Source of the DNA: Malacoraja senta
Taxonomy: Eukaryota
Assembly (NCBI GenBank): GCA_038087875.1
Contig: CM075980.1
Coordinates: 15,252,001-15,316,000 of the forward strand
Direction: 5' to 3'
DNA length: 64,000 nucleotides
This document shows positions 50,074 to 63,249 of the stretch, in pieces. The notes under the pieces were generated by a model that made no database searches, was not told the DNA's origin, and was given only the letters and a program-made list of their open reading frames with translations. Within the stretch, counting starts at the first letter, position 1; each line of letters starts with the position of its first letter. The position numbers were made by a program, and so were the translations under genes.

Positions 50074-50534
50074 TGGTGAGCAATGAGCTAGCAACCCGGC
50101 CGACCTTTGTAGTTAATGGTTCCATGTACGATACTTGGCTTACCTTGTGGGACTCAGGATATTAGAAACTTTGTTTACACACAGGAGATCGCTCTGTGAC
50201 ATTCAGTCTGCACAAAGGGGATATCGCCACCTTATACAGTCATTACTTTCCATTCTCAGTTCTCCACAACTGATTCAGTGGCTTGCACCATGGTGTGTAG
50301 AGCAGTGTTTCTCCGGCGTAACTGTAGGTGGAGTGATCACGAGGCAGTCTCTAACTGTGCACATTGCATTGTGATGACAGTATTTGTTTACATGCCTTGC
50401 ACTGTCAAAATATTGACATGACAACACAATCTGTTTAAAACTGCCACATGAATATTCAGCAAAAGCCTGACCAAGAGTTAGGACTCTGAGCAACCGCACA
50501 CATACATTCACATACTTGCACTGCCACAGAGCTT

Positions 50535-50995
50535 GGTCGACATGACTCACCTTGTCCATGTCGACCAAGTTAGTACACTGGGCTAGTCCCATTTGCCTGC
50601 ATTTGGCCCATGTCCCTCCAAACCTTTCCAATCCAGATATCTGTCAAAGGTTCAAAGGTATTTTTTATTGTCAGGTGTACCAGTGACATTCGATTTGCCA
50701 AATGTCTTTTAAAGTCATGATTTTATCTGCTTCCATAGTTGCCTCTGGCTCTGAGCGGAAAAAGTTGCCCGTGAGGTAACTCTTATATCTTTCACCTTCA
50801 GCTTTTTGTTTCAGAATCCTCTTCTCCTGGGAAAAAGACTGTGAGCATTCACTTTATCCATGCCGCTCATGATCTTGTACCCCTCAGCCTTCTATATCCC
50901 AAAGATAAAAGTCCCAGCCGACCCAACCTCTCCCTGTAACTCAGGCCCGCCATGCTGGTGACATGCTGGTGAATCTCCCCTGCACCCTTTCCAAC
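50535..50995 (-). mobile_element. CR1-type LINE fragment
   Basis: Minus ORF GLSYRERLGRLGLLSLGYRRLRG. Confidence 0.8.
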
Positions 50996-53876
50996 TGCCC
51001 TGTAGGGGTGGCTGAAGTACCAGGCTACACCACATGTCCACATCTCAATGTGCTGCAGGGTTTTGACTACTTCACCACAAAAGAATTTCAACGTAATTGA
51101 CTCTAACATGTGCCTATTAAGCCATGTTTAAATCACCATGGATTAAATCGACACTGGGGTGACATTTCAGGAATGAATGTATGATCCAGAAGTACTGATG
51201 GTTGGAGCAGTGCTTTCTCATTCAACCTCAGGCAATAGAGATGTGTTACAGTAAATATTCATACACCATTCCACGATGGCTCCATTCGTGTCTGCGTGAA
51301 CCATTACTTGGAAAAGATCTTCCAGTTTGGTTGGCTGAGGAACTGAATAATTGTTGGATTGGGTCAAGAGTTAAGTTGGCTTTCTGCCCGATATATATAT
51401 ATCAAAGATAGTGTGAGGCAGCCAGGCCTGACCATACTGAGGTCAGTCTGCAAGTATAGATTGACTCGGTTTAGTGAAAACAGGAGTTGAATTTAATAGG
51501 GACAGTGTGATTTGGTTTGTTATCTTCTGAGTTGAAACAATTGTTATAAATATATGATTAAGGTTTCAAGGTCAAGGTTTCGGGAGAAAAGGAATAGGTG
51601 ACATTTCGGGCTGAGACCCTTCTTCAGTAGATGCTGTCTGATCTGCTGAATTGCTCCAGCTTTTTGTGTATTACTATAAAAGATACTTGGTATATACCTC
51701 CCTTTATCATAGGCTGACACATTTGCTTTGAATGAAGAGCATATCCAGATGAATTATTTAGAATTACAATAGATTTTTTTGCAAAAGCTACTTTTGTTAA
51801 TAAATATATTGGTAGATTACTCGTACTCCATTGAGTACAGTATGTAGATAGCATACATGAATCTTAAATCACAGCATGAGATCACCTTATCAAAGAGCTT
51901 GCAGTGTGCACTTATCGTTGAGCAGTCACAGCTTCTTGGTGTGACTGAGCCTTCTGTGGAATGCCCCATCCATTAACAGAAGCAAATGTAATTGAATGGA
52001 GAGAGGTGACATTGTTAGCTCCGAGTGTTTCTGAAAGTCAGTTCACAGGTATAGTTCTTGGCTGCTCTCCAGTTTCCATTTTTTTTTGCAGTCAATAAAT
52101 AAATAATTGCAACGATCATTTAAACATCATTTTCATTTTTTCTACATCTATTAATTATAGAAACAGACTGATAACATCCAGCAAGGTTACTTGCAGATAT
52201 TCTCAAACTATTTAATGTCATTGCCACATTGGTGGTGCCGGCAGAACATGGAGTTATGATCGGTGTTTGGCTTCAAGAGATCTCGTTATTGTGCCATAGA
52301 GAAACACAGGCCCTTCAGCCCATGAAGTCTGCGCCGACCATCAGCACCAATTTACACCAGTCCAACATTAGTCCCATTTTATTGTTCTTCCCACATTCTC
52401 ATCAACCCCCCCAGTTTCTACCACTGACATGTAAACTAGCAGTACTTTACAGTGGCCACTTCACCCATCAGGAGGATCAGGTGGTCTTAAAATGGTCATG
52501 ATTGTCCATGTCTGCAAGATTATTTTCCACTCTGTGACTCTTTGCTCTGGCATGTGTTGGAAGGACAATGCAAAGAATTGGCCCCATGCTTTGCTACTTG
52601 AGATGCAAAGGCTGCCCGGTTGATTCCTGGAGACGATGCATGCATTGTCCACACATGGACGGAGATGAGCCACAATACATTCCCATGAATGCATGCTGTC
52701 ACAGAAGGCCTAGAGAACTGAATACTGGCTTTGCAAATTAGGTCCTTGAGTCATAGAATTATGGAAACACAGTCCCTTCAGCCCGACTTGTCTATGCCGA
52801 CCATCTGCACTTGTCCCACCTACCCATGTTTGGCCCATGTACCTCTAAGCTTTTCCGATCTGAGAAAGTAGACATGAGCGTTCCTTATTTATTCATTTCT
52901 TGCAATCATTGCCCACCTCCGCTTGCCCATCTGTAGTGACGGTGGTAGGGAGCTCCAGGACTCAGATCCAGGGACAAGCAATGAAGGGCAACATGTCTTC
53001 ATGTTGGCGTGGTTGGTGAAGTTTCAGGAGAACATGAAGAGGCAGGGTCCCGTGTGACTGAACCTGTTACGATGCCTGTAATTGGGGCAGTGCTTTCAGA
53101 ATAGCCCCAGTGAGGAAACGCAGGATATTTAATGGCCGGCGTACACTGTAACTATCTTGTGTTGGTGATGGCAGGAAGGAACGAACATTCAGGGTGGATG
53201 TGGTATCAGTTAAAGGGGGCTGCTTGTGCTGATGGCTGAGAACAATGGATCTTAAAAGGTAAAATAAAAAGTGTGACTTCATTAAAATGCCACTACTGAT
53301 ATCAAGTTGAGACCAGATTCATGAGGAGGTTGTGAATTAACTCCAAATACAAAGTGACTTCGGTGTTTCGATAAAGTAGACTTTGATAGTTCCAGCTTGT
53401 TCTGTGTCGTAGCTGATGAATTGTTTGAACCTTGACCTTCGGCGTTCTGGTTGTCAGCTCTGGAATTCTCTTGCTAAACTGCCCCCTCCATGTCCATAAT
53501 CTACCATGTCAGTGTTGTTCCTGCATTCCCAGCATTACTCAGAATCCTGCTCACAGTTCACACACACTCTGAAACATTCAAATATTCACAGGCCCCCTGG
53601 CTGAGCTCTCACTGCAAAGGTGACGACTCCCAACAATGCAGACTCCCAACAGTGTGTACTGCAGTGCAAGTCTGGGCAATTTTATTTATTTTCCTTATTA
53701 TCAAGCTGTGATTTCTCAACTCGAATTTTCTTTCATGGTGTTTTACTGACCACAAGAAGAAAGTAACTCGGCATAGAGCTTGCTAAACTGTCCGAAGGCA
53801 TCAGAAGCTAAAGAGCGTTTTAATTTTTACCATGCTAATCGGCTTACATAACAAAGCATCATAGCACAGGAGAAGA

Positions 53877-54335
53877 GAGACACAAAATGCTGGAGTAACT
53901 CAGCATGCCAGACAGCATTGTAGTTTTAGTTTTTAGTTTTAGAGACACAGCGTGGAAACAGGCCCTTCGGCCCACCGGGTCCGCGCCGACCAGCAATCCC
54001 CGCACATTAACACTATCCTACACACACCAGGGACAATTTTTTTTACATTTACCGAGCCAATTTACCTACATACCTGTATGTCTTTGGAGTGTGGGAGGAA
54101 ACCGAAGATCTCGGAGAAAACCCACGCGGTCGCGGAGAGAAGGTACAAACTCCGTTCAGACAGCATCGGGATCGAGCCCATCTTTGTAGAAAAAGAATGG
54201 CTGACATTTCAGGTTGGGACCACTTCTTCGAAAAGTCACCCAACCGTTTTCTCCAGAGATGCTGTCTGACCCGCTGAGTTATTCCAGCACGTTGTGTATC
54301 TCTTTGGTATTAGGCAGCATCTGCAGTTCCTTGTT
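53877..54335. mobile_element. Penelope-like inverted pair split by a V-SINE
   Basis: The left arm breaks at cagcat (about 53920) and resumes at atctttgtagaaaaagaatgg (about 54180). Confidence 0.75.
53923..54179 (-). mobile_element. HE1-like V-SINE, 5'-truncated
   Basis: (ttttag)n tail and gtctttggagtgtgggaggaaaccg V domain. Confidence 0.88.
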
Positions 54336-55224
54336 TTGACACTTTTGGCTGCAGTCACCAGCAGCAATTTTTAGATTATGCTTTCCGCTTTCTGAGCAAG
54401 AGACATTCTGGTCCATAACACATGAACCACCTTATTCTTGGGATGTGGTAAGCCTGAAATCTCCGTAGTTGAAGCTAGTTCTGCCAGTTAGAGAGGCATC
54501 CATCTACACATCCTGAATTGTCACTGCCTCAATTGTTTCCAGCTTACCAGTCTTGTTGCAGAGTGTTGATCTTCAGGGCTGTCAGTCTTGCGGCTCTGAT
54601 TATTCCTCCACTTGGAGTCTGTGGTCCAGAAGTCCTTTCCTTGTGGTGGGATGGCTGCTTTAAGTTAAAGTCCAACTGCTGCCTTGTTATGTCCTACTCC
54701 AGATGGAGTTGGATGGATTTTTGTTCAGTTGTGGTTATTCTCCTCGGAGTGTTGCAGAATAGCAGGGAGGGCGGGCTGCACTAAGTCAGTCAAGGCCTGC
54801 TGGGTCTCGCAAAGACGAACAGAAGGCAGAATTGGAAGCTCCATGAACTCTGCTCTTTCCCAGCAAGCAATAAACGTGCAGGCTTTGTTTACTGCCTTTA
54901 CTCGCTGGTTTCCTGGCAGCTTGTCACTTGTAATGAAAAGTACACTGGTTGGCCTTCCTCTTCTTCTTCTTGCGTATGGTGTGCACAGCCTAAAGTTGTA
55001 GGACAACTTGTTCTATTTGATCTTATTAGATTGTGCACACCAGGTTGATTGCATTCGTCAAAACGTGAAGGTTGTAATCTCCCACCCCGGCCTTCCTCCA
55101 TCCTGATCAAATACTTGTGTCTCAGTTGTAGAAACCATTCTGTGTGCAAAGAAACCTTTGTTTTTGAGTTATGCGCAGACCTCAGGCTTGAAATGGTTCA
55201 TTGTGGGCTGAGTAAGGTCGTAAT

Positions 55225-55362
55225 GTCATATGGAATAGGAGTAGAATTAGGCCATTCATCCCATCAAGTCTACTCCGCCATTCAATCATGGCTGATCTCT
55301 CTCTCCTCACAACCCCATTCTCCTGCCATCACCCCATAACTTCTGACACCTGTACTAATCAA
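55225..55362 (-). mobile_element. CR1 3' UTR fragment
   Basis: ataggagtagaattaggccattc..ccattcaatcatggctgatct. Confidence 0.8.
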
Positions 55363-55377
55363 GAGCGTGCATGTGAA

Positions 55378-55545
55378 CTGTGTACTGCAGGCTGCGTACT
55401 GTGGAGTGGCCGTGTATGGGAGCCGTACATGGGGACTGTGTACTGCGGGCTGTATATGGGAGCCTTACAAATGGGCTGTGTACTGTGTATGGTGGGGTGT
55501 GTATCTGAGCTGTATATGTGGTCTGTACACTATGGGCCGTGTACA
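55378..55545. repeat. Degenerate short tandem repeat (ctgtgtactg / gtatgggagcc)
   Basis: Directly visible. Confidence 0.65.
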
Positions 55546-56171
55546 TCTCTGCAACAACATTGATTTTCATCGGGTAATCTGTGCTGCACAGAAATGCAAA
55601 GTATAGATTACTATGAAATCTATTCCTGTCTCAGTGGGGCAACCTCCACGTGAGGGAGTATTTTATAAAGATTTTAAAAGAATTTGTTTCCCTCTCCTTG
55701 TTGGTGTGACATTTTAAAAGCAATACATCTGTCAGGGGAGTGGTACCAAAATGCGGTGTAGTTCATTAATCCCGTCTGTACCATTTCTCATTCAACCCTG
55801 TCATTAGGAAATATTCTATTTATGGAGGTCTGCATGTGCTGAATTTTAAATTATCAGAAATTAGTGTGTTATTTTCTCCAGCTAATTACATTCTAAAATA
55901 GTTTTCTTTTAGCTGTAAATGACTTGCCAATAAAAGAAATCAGCGTTGCTTACAACCGTTCACCCCACTCCTATCGCACACCCTGTCCCCATTGTCACCC
56001 CACACCATCACTCCTCCGTTACCCACTCCCATCACCCCCCCTGTTCCTATCTCTCACCCACTCCCATCACACGCCCTGCACACATCTCTCACCCCACAAT
56101 TGGTGCTCAGAGTCTGTCATGTGTACCAGAGTAAACTTCCATTCTCTCTCTCCCTCATCCCTTTCGAACTT

Positions 56172-56448
56172 GTAAAGATACAGCGTGGAAAAAGGCCGTT
56201 CGGCCCAGTGAGTCCACGTGGACCAGTACACCAGTTCTATGTCCTACACACGAGGGGCAATTTACAGACATCAGTTAACCAACAAACCTACATATCTTTG
56301 GGATGTGGGACTGGAGCATCTGGGGAAAACCCAATACGGTCACAAGGAGAACGTGCAAACTCCACACAGACAGCACCAAGGTCTGGCTCGAACCCAGGTC
56401 TCTGGCGCTGTGAGGCAGCCGATCTACCGCTGCACCACTGTGCCGCCC
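56172..56448 (-). mobile_element. HE1-like V-SINE, diverged
   Basis: ctcgaacccaggtctctggcgctgtgaggcagc..ccactgtgccgccc, the reverse-complemented tRNA-like head. Confidence 0.82.
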
Positions 56449-57212
56449 TTCATTTAGTGTCCTTTTGTAAACACCACCTATATGAGGAGATCAACTTCAT
56501 GTTGTCACTGCCTTAACTGGATTCAGTGCTATGTGAATGAATCAGTGATCTCACGAGCGATTTGCCTTGTTCTGGATGTCCACGCCAACACAGTCCAGCC
56601 TGCTACACGTGGCTTCATCGTGCACTTCCATTCCCCATCACTGGTTGCCTGGGCAGAGTCCCAAACTATGAGCAACTCCCCAAATTATTCAGCTATCGAT
56701 TCCAGCTCGGCAGTGATGATTATAATGGGAACAATGCACCTAAAAGAAAGAGTTAAAGCCAATGAAATACTTTAAGCAGTGTACTCACTGATGTAATAAT
56801 GGATACAAAGCCACCAATTTCTACACATCAAGGACCCATATTTAACAATGCAATACTGACCAGATAATTACTTCCAGTAATTTTGAATTGAGCCTTGTTG
56901 AATATATTGCTCTTTCTGGGAATTTGAAATAAAAGCATGTATTTGGATGTACATAAGAGGTCAGGCAGCATCCTCATGAAACATTCACGGAGGCCACTTG
57001 ATCTGATTATTTCCAGCATTATGTTTTCATGTTCTTTCCCCTTGAGCCTCGCCACCACCAAGGAGAGAGCGGTGAGCTTGATGGTTATTTTTCTCACAGG
57101 GCGCTGTGTTTGCCCCCACAACCCTGTGTGCAACACGGCTGTAGTTTGTACTATGTCTGGCACTTATCAAATCACCAGTTTTTCCTTCTGAGAGCAACGT
57201 AATTATTGCAAC

Positions 57213-57573
57213 GTGCAAGAAGGAACTGCAGATGCTGGCTATACACCGAAGATAGGCACAACATTCTGGAGTAACTCAGGGGGACAGGCAACATCTCGGG
57301 AGAGAGGGAATGGGTGACGTTTCGGGTCTCGACCCTTCTTCAGACTAGTGGGTGACGGAAGGGTCTCGACTCGAAACGTCACCCATTCCTTCTATCCAGA
57401 GATGCTGCCTGTCCCGCTGAGTTACTCCGGCATTTTGCGTCTAGCTAATGGGCGACGTTTTGGGTCGAGAGCCTTGTTCAATCTGATGAAGGGTCTCGAC
57501 CCGAAACGTCACCCATTCCCTCTCTCCAGACCTGCTACCTGTTCCGCTGAGTTACTCCAGCATTTTGTGTTCA
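57213..57573. mobile_element. Four-segment (-,+,-,+) Penelope-like terminal-repeat composite; intact cores at 57316-57343 (-) and 57483-57510 (+)
   Basis: Flanked by taattattgcaac (57200-57212) and taattgttgcaac (57574-57586). Confidence 0.82.
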
Positions 57574-57949
57574 TAATTGTTGCAACTTCTGTTAAAGCAC
57601 AATTCTGGAACCTGATGGAATGCTTACAACCTATTGTGATGAGTACAGTTCCAAAAGCCCCACAGCCTCCAGGAGATAGCAGGGTATTTGATTCTGCCTC
57701 ATCCACCTTTTTGAACATGACTTCCGCCACCATCAATACGGCATGGTCACAGTGTGGGCACCATCCATACAAACTCATCTACACTGTGACAGTTTTTTTT
57801 AGTTGCAAATCTATGGCGTTTACCTCCAAAAAGATGTGGACAGCTGATCTACAGGAACACTTCCACCTTGGGTTCCTCTTCCCATCCTGATTAGGAACTC
57901 TCCCATCAAACCTTCATTGACAAAGGTTTCATCCTGGAACTCACGGCGG

Positions 57950-58492
57950 TTTAGTTCATTATTATTGTCACGCGGTACAGTGAACAGATTTGTGTTTAAG
58001 TGCTATCCAGTCAAAGAAACGACCACACATGAATACAATCAAGCCGTCCAGAGTGCACAGATAAAGGATAAAGGGTGCAAAATATAACAATGAAGTCTGA
58101 CAAAGCATGATTAAAGATAGTTCAAAGGTCTCCAATGAGGTAGACAGGAGGCCAGGACTGCACTCGAGCTGATGAGAGGACAGTTTAGTTGCCTGTTCAC
58201 AGCTGGGAAGAAACTGTCCCTGAATCTGGAGGTTTGCATTTGCAAATTTCTGTACCTCTTGCCTGATAGGAGAGGGGAGAAGAGGGAGTGACACCGAGAT
58301 GACGCTGGTCTTTATTATGCTGGCGGTCTTGTCTAGGCAGCGTGAAGTGTAGATGGAGTCAATGGAAGGGAGGTTGGTTTGCGTGATGTTCTGGGCTACG
58401 GCCACAACTGCAATTTCTTGTGGTCTTGGATGGAGCCGTTCCCAAACCATGTTTTGATGCATCCCGATCAAATACTTTCCACGGCGCATCTT
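57950..58492 (-). mobile_element. Rex1/Babar-like LINE 3' fragment
   Basis: Minus ORF includes AQNITQTNLPSIDSIYTSRCLDKTASIIK, typical of the C-terminal region of this family. Confidence 0.85.
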
Positions 58493-59227
58493 TAGATGCT
58501 AAATCTGTAACTGTACAGTGGGTGTACATTTACCTCACAGACGAGCAGTTATAATTGGTGAGGAGCATCAAATGCTGGCATTGCCAATAAAATCGGCCCA
58601 TGAAAAACAAAAATGTAATATTATTGAGCAGGATAAGAGCATCTGTGTTGGGGAAATGGTTGCAAGTACATCACTGTTCCTCACTGAACTGCCTCAGTGC
58701 TGTGGAGCTCGCCATCTCTGGGGAGACCTGAACTTGCAGAAGTAGAAAGGGGCTCGCACATGGGAGTGAAGGTCACACATACGGCTGCAAACTAGAGAGA
58801 GGATGGCGCAGGGAAAAATATGGCTATTCAAAGGCTGACCAGTCCACGTGGTCTCTCTTCATGGCTTGTGATGCGAGTGTCATTGTCAAAGTCAGCAGTT
58901 ATTGCTCATCACAGTTAACCCGAGTGGCCACTCCAGAGGATAACTGGGTCACGGGTCAGTGCAGAGTCACACATAAACAGTGATGTGTAGGCAGGGTGGG
59001 CCATTGGAGAACCAGGTGAGTTGTTATGACAATCCAGTGGTTTCATGGGCACGGTTACATTTAAATAACTAAATTTAAATTTCCCACCTGGCACGGTATG
59101 GTTTAATGTGTATTTCTCAGTTAATAGTTTGGGACTCTGTGTTATCGGCCCAGAGGCAGCATCACTGTGCGAGCAGACTCTGATTGCAATAGGTCCATAT
59201 TTTACACGACAAGTAGAGAGAGTCTTG

Positions 59228-59538
59228 AACTAGAGGTCATAGCCTCAGAATTAAAGGACGTTCCTTTAGGAAGGAGATGAGGAGGAATTTCTTTAGTGAG
59301 AGGGTGGTGAATCTGTGGAATTCTTTGCCACAAAAGGCTGTGGAGGCCGTCAGTGGATATTTTTAAGGCGGAGATAGATAGATTCTTGATTAGTACGGGT
59401 GTCAGGGGTTACGGAGAGAAGGCAGGAGAATGGGGTTAAGAGGGAGAGAGAGATCAGTCATGATTGAATGGCGGAGTAGACTTGATGACTGCCAGTAGAC
59501 TGGCATAATTCTGCTCCTATCACTTATGACCTTATGAC
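59228..59538 (+). mobile_element. CR1-type LINE 3' fragment
   Basis: Closely similar to 468-775, with a (cttatgac)2 tail. Confidence 0.9.
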
Positions 59539-59623
59539 AAAGGTGTCGTTCCAGTTGTGCTGGAAGTACACTCAGCTCCGTCCGCCGGGTCCATACTCTG
59601 CTCCGGAGCTCATCCTAGCAGTG

Positions 59624-59818
59624 ATAGACACAAAAAGCTGGAGTAACTCAGCGGCACAGGCAGCATCTCTGGAGAGAAGGAATGGGTGACCCTTGGTCTC
59701 GGCCCAAAACGTCACCCATTCCTTCTCTCCAGAGATGCTGCCTGTCCCGCTGAGTTACTCCACCTTATTGTGTCTTGTCTTCAGTTTAAACCAGCATCTG
59801 CAGTTCCTTCCCACACCT
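59624..59818. mobile_element. Penelope-like inverted pair lacking CUGAnGA, with approximate TSD
   Basis: atcctagcagtg (59612-59623) and atccttagcagtg (59819-59831). Confidence 0.8.
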
Positions 59819-61754
59819 ATCCTTAGCAGTGGTGGGCTCCCTGCAGCAGAGCTGTGCCAGAAAGATAGGCTGCCATTAGAGCTGCTTGGGCAATTTAAAT
59901 CATATCAGAAGCTGCTGCACGGAGTAATGACCTGTGATGTCTGAAACCCTACTGAGGCCTGGATGCTGGAGCATCGCAGAGGTTAGAGATACAAAAGCAG
60001 AGCCACTCACTGGAATACACTTAATTGGAACAAAACTTAGTGCTGTGCTCTTTCAGTGCTATAACCCCAAGATAGGAAGGTTTCATATCTCCGAGCCACC
60101 AAGCTGCAGCAGCTTGAATGATTAACAGCCAAGCCAGGAAACTTGTTTTCATCTCCTGCTGGGGAAGATAGTTATAGGATAGAGTAAACCTAAATATTAT
60201 TGGGGGTTTTCAAATCTGGCAATATTTCACATGTGAGGACTTTGCCTGGCTGTCAATTAATATGAAACTATTGATTTGTTCCAGGCTGTTGCAAAAATAA
60301 TCTTGGCATGGAATCTGTTCCCTGGAGCTAATCATACCGCAATCAATTGTCACTAAAAGCGTCTCTAGATTGGCAGGAATGCAGCCTATAAATCCCCATG
60401 AATTATAAACCGTCATCTGCATTGATGGCAGCTCTCATATTTTGTTGCGTTAAACTATCGCATTGAGCCCCTGGGGCCAGGAACTGAAGAGGCAGTGTAA
60501 ATCTCCAGCTGCGCTCCTTTGAAAACACACACTCTACACAATCAAGCAAACTAACTTTCAACTGGTGGCTGAATCAAAGTCTCTCTGCACTCCATGAGAG
60601 GCCCGTGATGAAAATGCTGCTAATTGGTTTGATCCATCACCGTGCTGTCGAACTGTCCAAAAAGATTTATATGTCCCGAGCTAACAAGTCACCAAGTGAT
60701 GTCTCTTGTTGCATCATATCCCCCCCACCCAGGAAGGGAGAGGCCACCTCTGTAACTGCACCACGACCGATTGATGATAAACGGTGTTGGTCGGGCTCGG
60801 CTCGGCTCATGCCCTCTCTAGGAGGGGAGTAGGCAGGCAGCAGATCCATCAGGGTGGCACTGAGCTGGAAGGAAGAGACTTTGCTGGCAGGTATTCTCAG
60901 GGGGTCATTGGCTTCATTTCTCCCAGTCGTAGTACAAACAGTCACAGCTTGTGCTCTGCAGACCTGCTCTTCACTGCCGTTAGTCTGAACATGTTCTTAA
61001 TTGGTGCGTTCATCAAACAAAGACGGAATTTGCACTTGCCATCAGATTGTTACTTCCAAGTACTCTCTAAGTCAGCTCCTTTACAATGCCTCTGCATATT
61101 AATAAGGAATTTCAAATAAATAATTACAAAAAAAAGGCTTGCTATAAACATGATGGGATTCAAGTGTCCTTTGAGAGTGTTGGTATACGTGTGAGTAATA
61201 TTCATATGTTTGTATAAGTTAATTAGCTCTCATTAGACAGCATTGCAGAATAAATGAATGAACAGTTCACATTTTAATGGCAAACCTCAACAGTAATGCA
61301 AACTCAAGGGATTTAGAATTAACCCTTTAGAGCATGTCTGACTCCAGTGCTGCATGAGGCAACATCATTCCTGACGAGTCCTTTATGTTTCCACAGGGTC
61401 ACATTGTGAGATGTCTCTTCTGGGCTGTTGTTATGATTTGGTTCTAATATTCCATTGGCAATTCTGTGGGTTGAGTCAACGAGTGCCTGAAGCACACAGA
61501 CCAGGGGGTTTTGAGTTTCAGTCTACAAGCAGTGCTCACGTAGGTTAATACCAGTCAGGGTCAGTTGACGGCATCAGATTGACGACAAGGGTCCCTGTAA
61601 TGGACAGACCACTGCAACCTTCTCCTCAGGCAACCGCTCGGGATCGAGGATGATTTACTTCCAGTCTGGTTTAATTGCGGCACCCCCTCAGCTTTGTTGA
61701 GCATATGATGCCATTCGAATGTCTGACACCAGACTCCTTCCTTTTTGAAAGTGG

Positions 61755-61872
61755 GATGTGGGCCAAACACGGGCAGGTGGGACTGGCGGGTAGTTGGGAC
61801 ATCCTGGTCGGCATGGGCATGTTGGGCAGAAGGGCCTGTTTCCATGCTGTATGACACTGTGACTATATGACT
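61755..61872 (+). mobile_element. CR1 3' tail
   Basis: gggcagaagggcctgtttccatgctgtatgac. Confidence 0.75.
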
Positions 61873-63249
61873 CCTGAAGCACCTATTGCAAGCCCTGTCA
61901 TGGGAAGACATTACCAGGGCTACAGGAGAAACAGATTCAATAATATGAGCCCCATGGAAGAAATGCATCTTCCCCACTGCCTCCTGAGAATCCCTGGCCC
62001 GTGGGCACTCTACATGGAGGCAAAACATCCAAGTAAATCTTGTGATCTTAGTAAACGTAAATAAGGAATGGAAGTTCATCTGATGCCTTTGGAACCACAT
62101 CCCAACAAAGAGTTAAAACTTTGCAGAGAAAAGTAATTTAATTCAATGATCTGTAATAGAAGGGATTCAGTCACTACAGTTTGCAGGCAAGAGGAAGGAA
62201 AACGAAGATCAAAATTGTAAAAGGAGGTAAAATGCAGAGGTCAAGTGTATTGTAGGGGAGGGCAAATAAGGAATGAATTCCAGACTGGAGTGCCCTGGAT
62301 TTAAAGGGTTCAAATATCATTTGAAGCTATATGTAAATATTTGTACAATAAGGATAATAATTTAAAAGAAAAGTCAAGACATGCTAATGTAGAATTGGGA
62401 ACTTAGATGCAAGGAGAAAATTAGCTAAAACACAAGCCTTAAAGTTAACATGTATGGGAAGTATAATCAGATAGATGTAAGGGAAATGTTGGATTATTGT
62501 GATCAGAACTGCAGGCTCAATCATTCTGCTAACTACCCTGTCATGTCCGCTGATCTTATTGTTCACCTCCCGCCTACCTATGTTTTTTCTCCACTTGAAC
62601 TCTCCATCCTGTATTCACAATCGTTTCCTTAGGCTTGCTATCTCACTTTTCAAATCTGCTCCATCACAGCACCATCGCTATACTTCCTTGTATCTATCTA
62701 ACTTCCTTGAAGTACCATCTATTCCCTTCCCCGACCCATCCCCACCTTTGTTCAGTCTCTGCCCCTTGTTAAAACCCTGGCATCATTTGTTTAGATTGGC
62801 AGTTCCCTGACCTGTGGCCCTCCATTTGTACAGACGGCAGGTAATACTGATTTATTAAATCACGTTTTTGTGTATATCTACGATCGCCTATTTCCTATTA
62901 AAGCTATTAACTCGTTATTATACTGACTGTCTTCATGGTACAGGCATCTCTGATCCATCCGGACCTGAATGTGCCTGTAATTGTGATTCCATCCCATACC
63001 TTGCATTTCTCTGGATCTGCATCGTTAAACCTTGTTATATATTTGTTCCAGAAATTAGGCTCAGATCGTGAATCCGCACCATCATCAAGAACGTCTCTTT
63101 TCACTTCATAACATTGCCCAATTCAGCACTTGGCTAAGGCTCAAAGCCCTTGAAACTTACCTCAAAACTGGATCACAGCAATATGGCTGGCCTTTCTTGT
63201 TCTTCTCTCCATGCACAAGGATATCCAAATAGGGTCCAAATGCTCACAC

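Noticed and set aside
57348-57890. 180-aa ORF, the longest without N
   Set aside because: The first half is translated Penelope terminal repeat and the rest has no recognisable homology.
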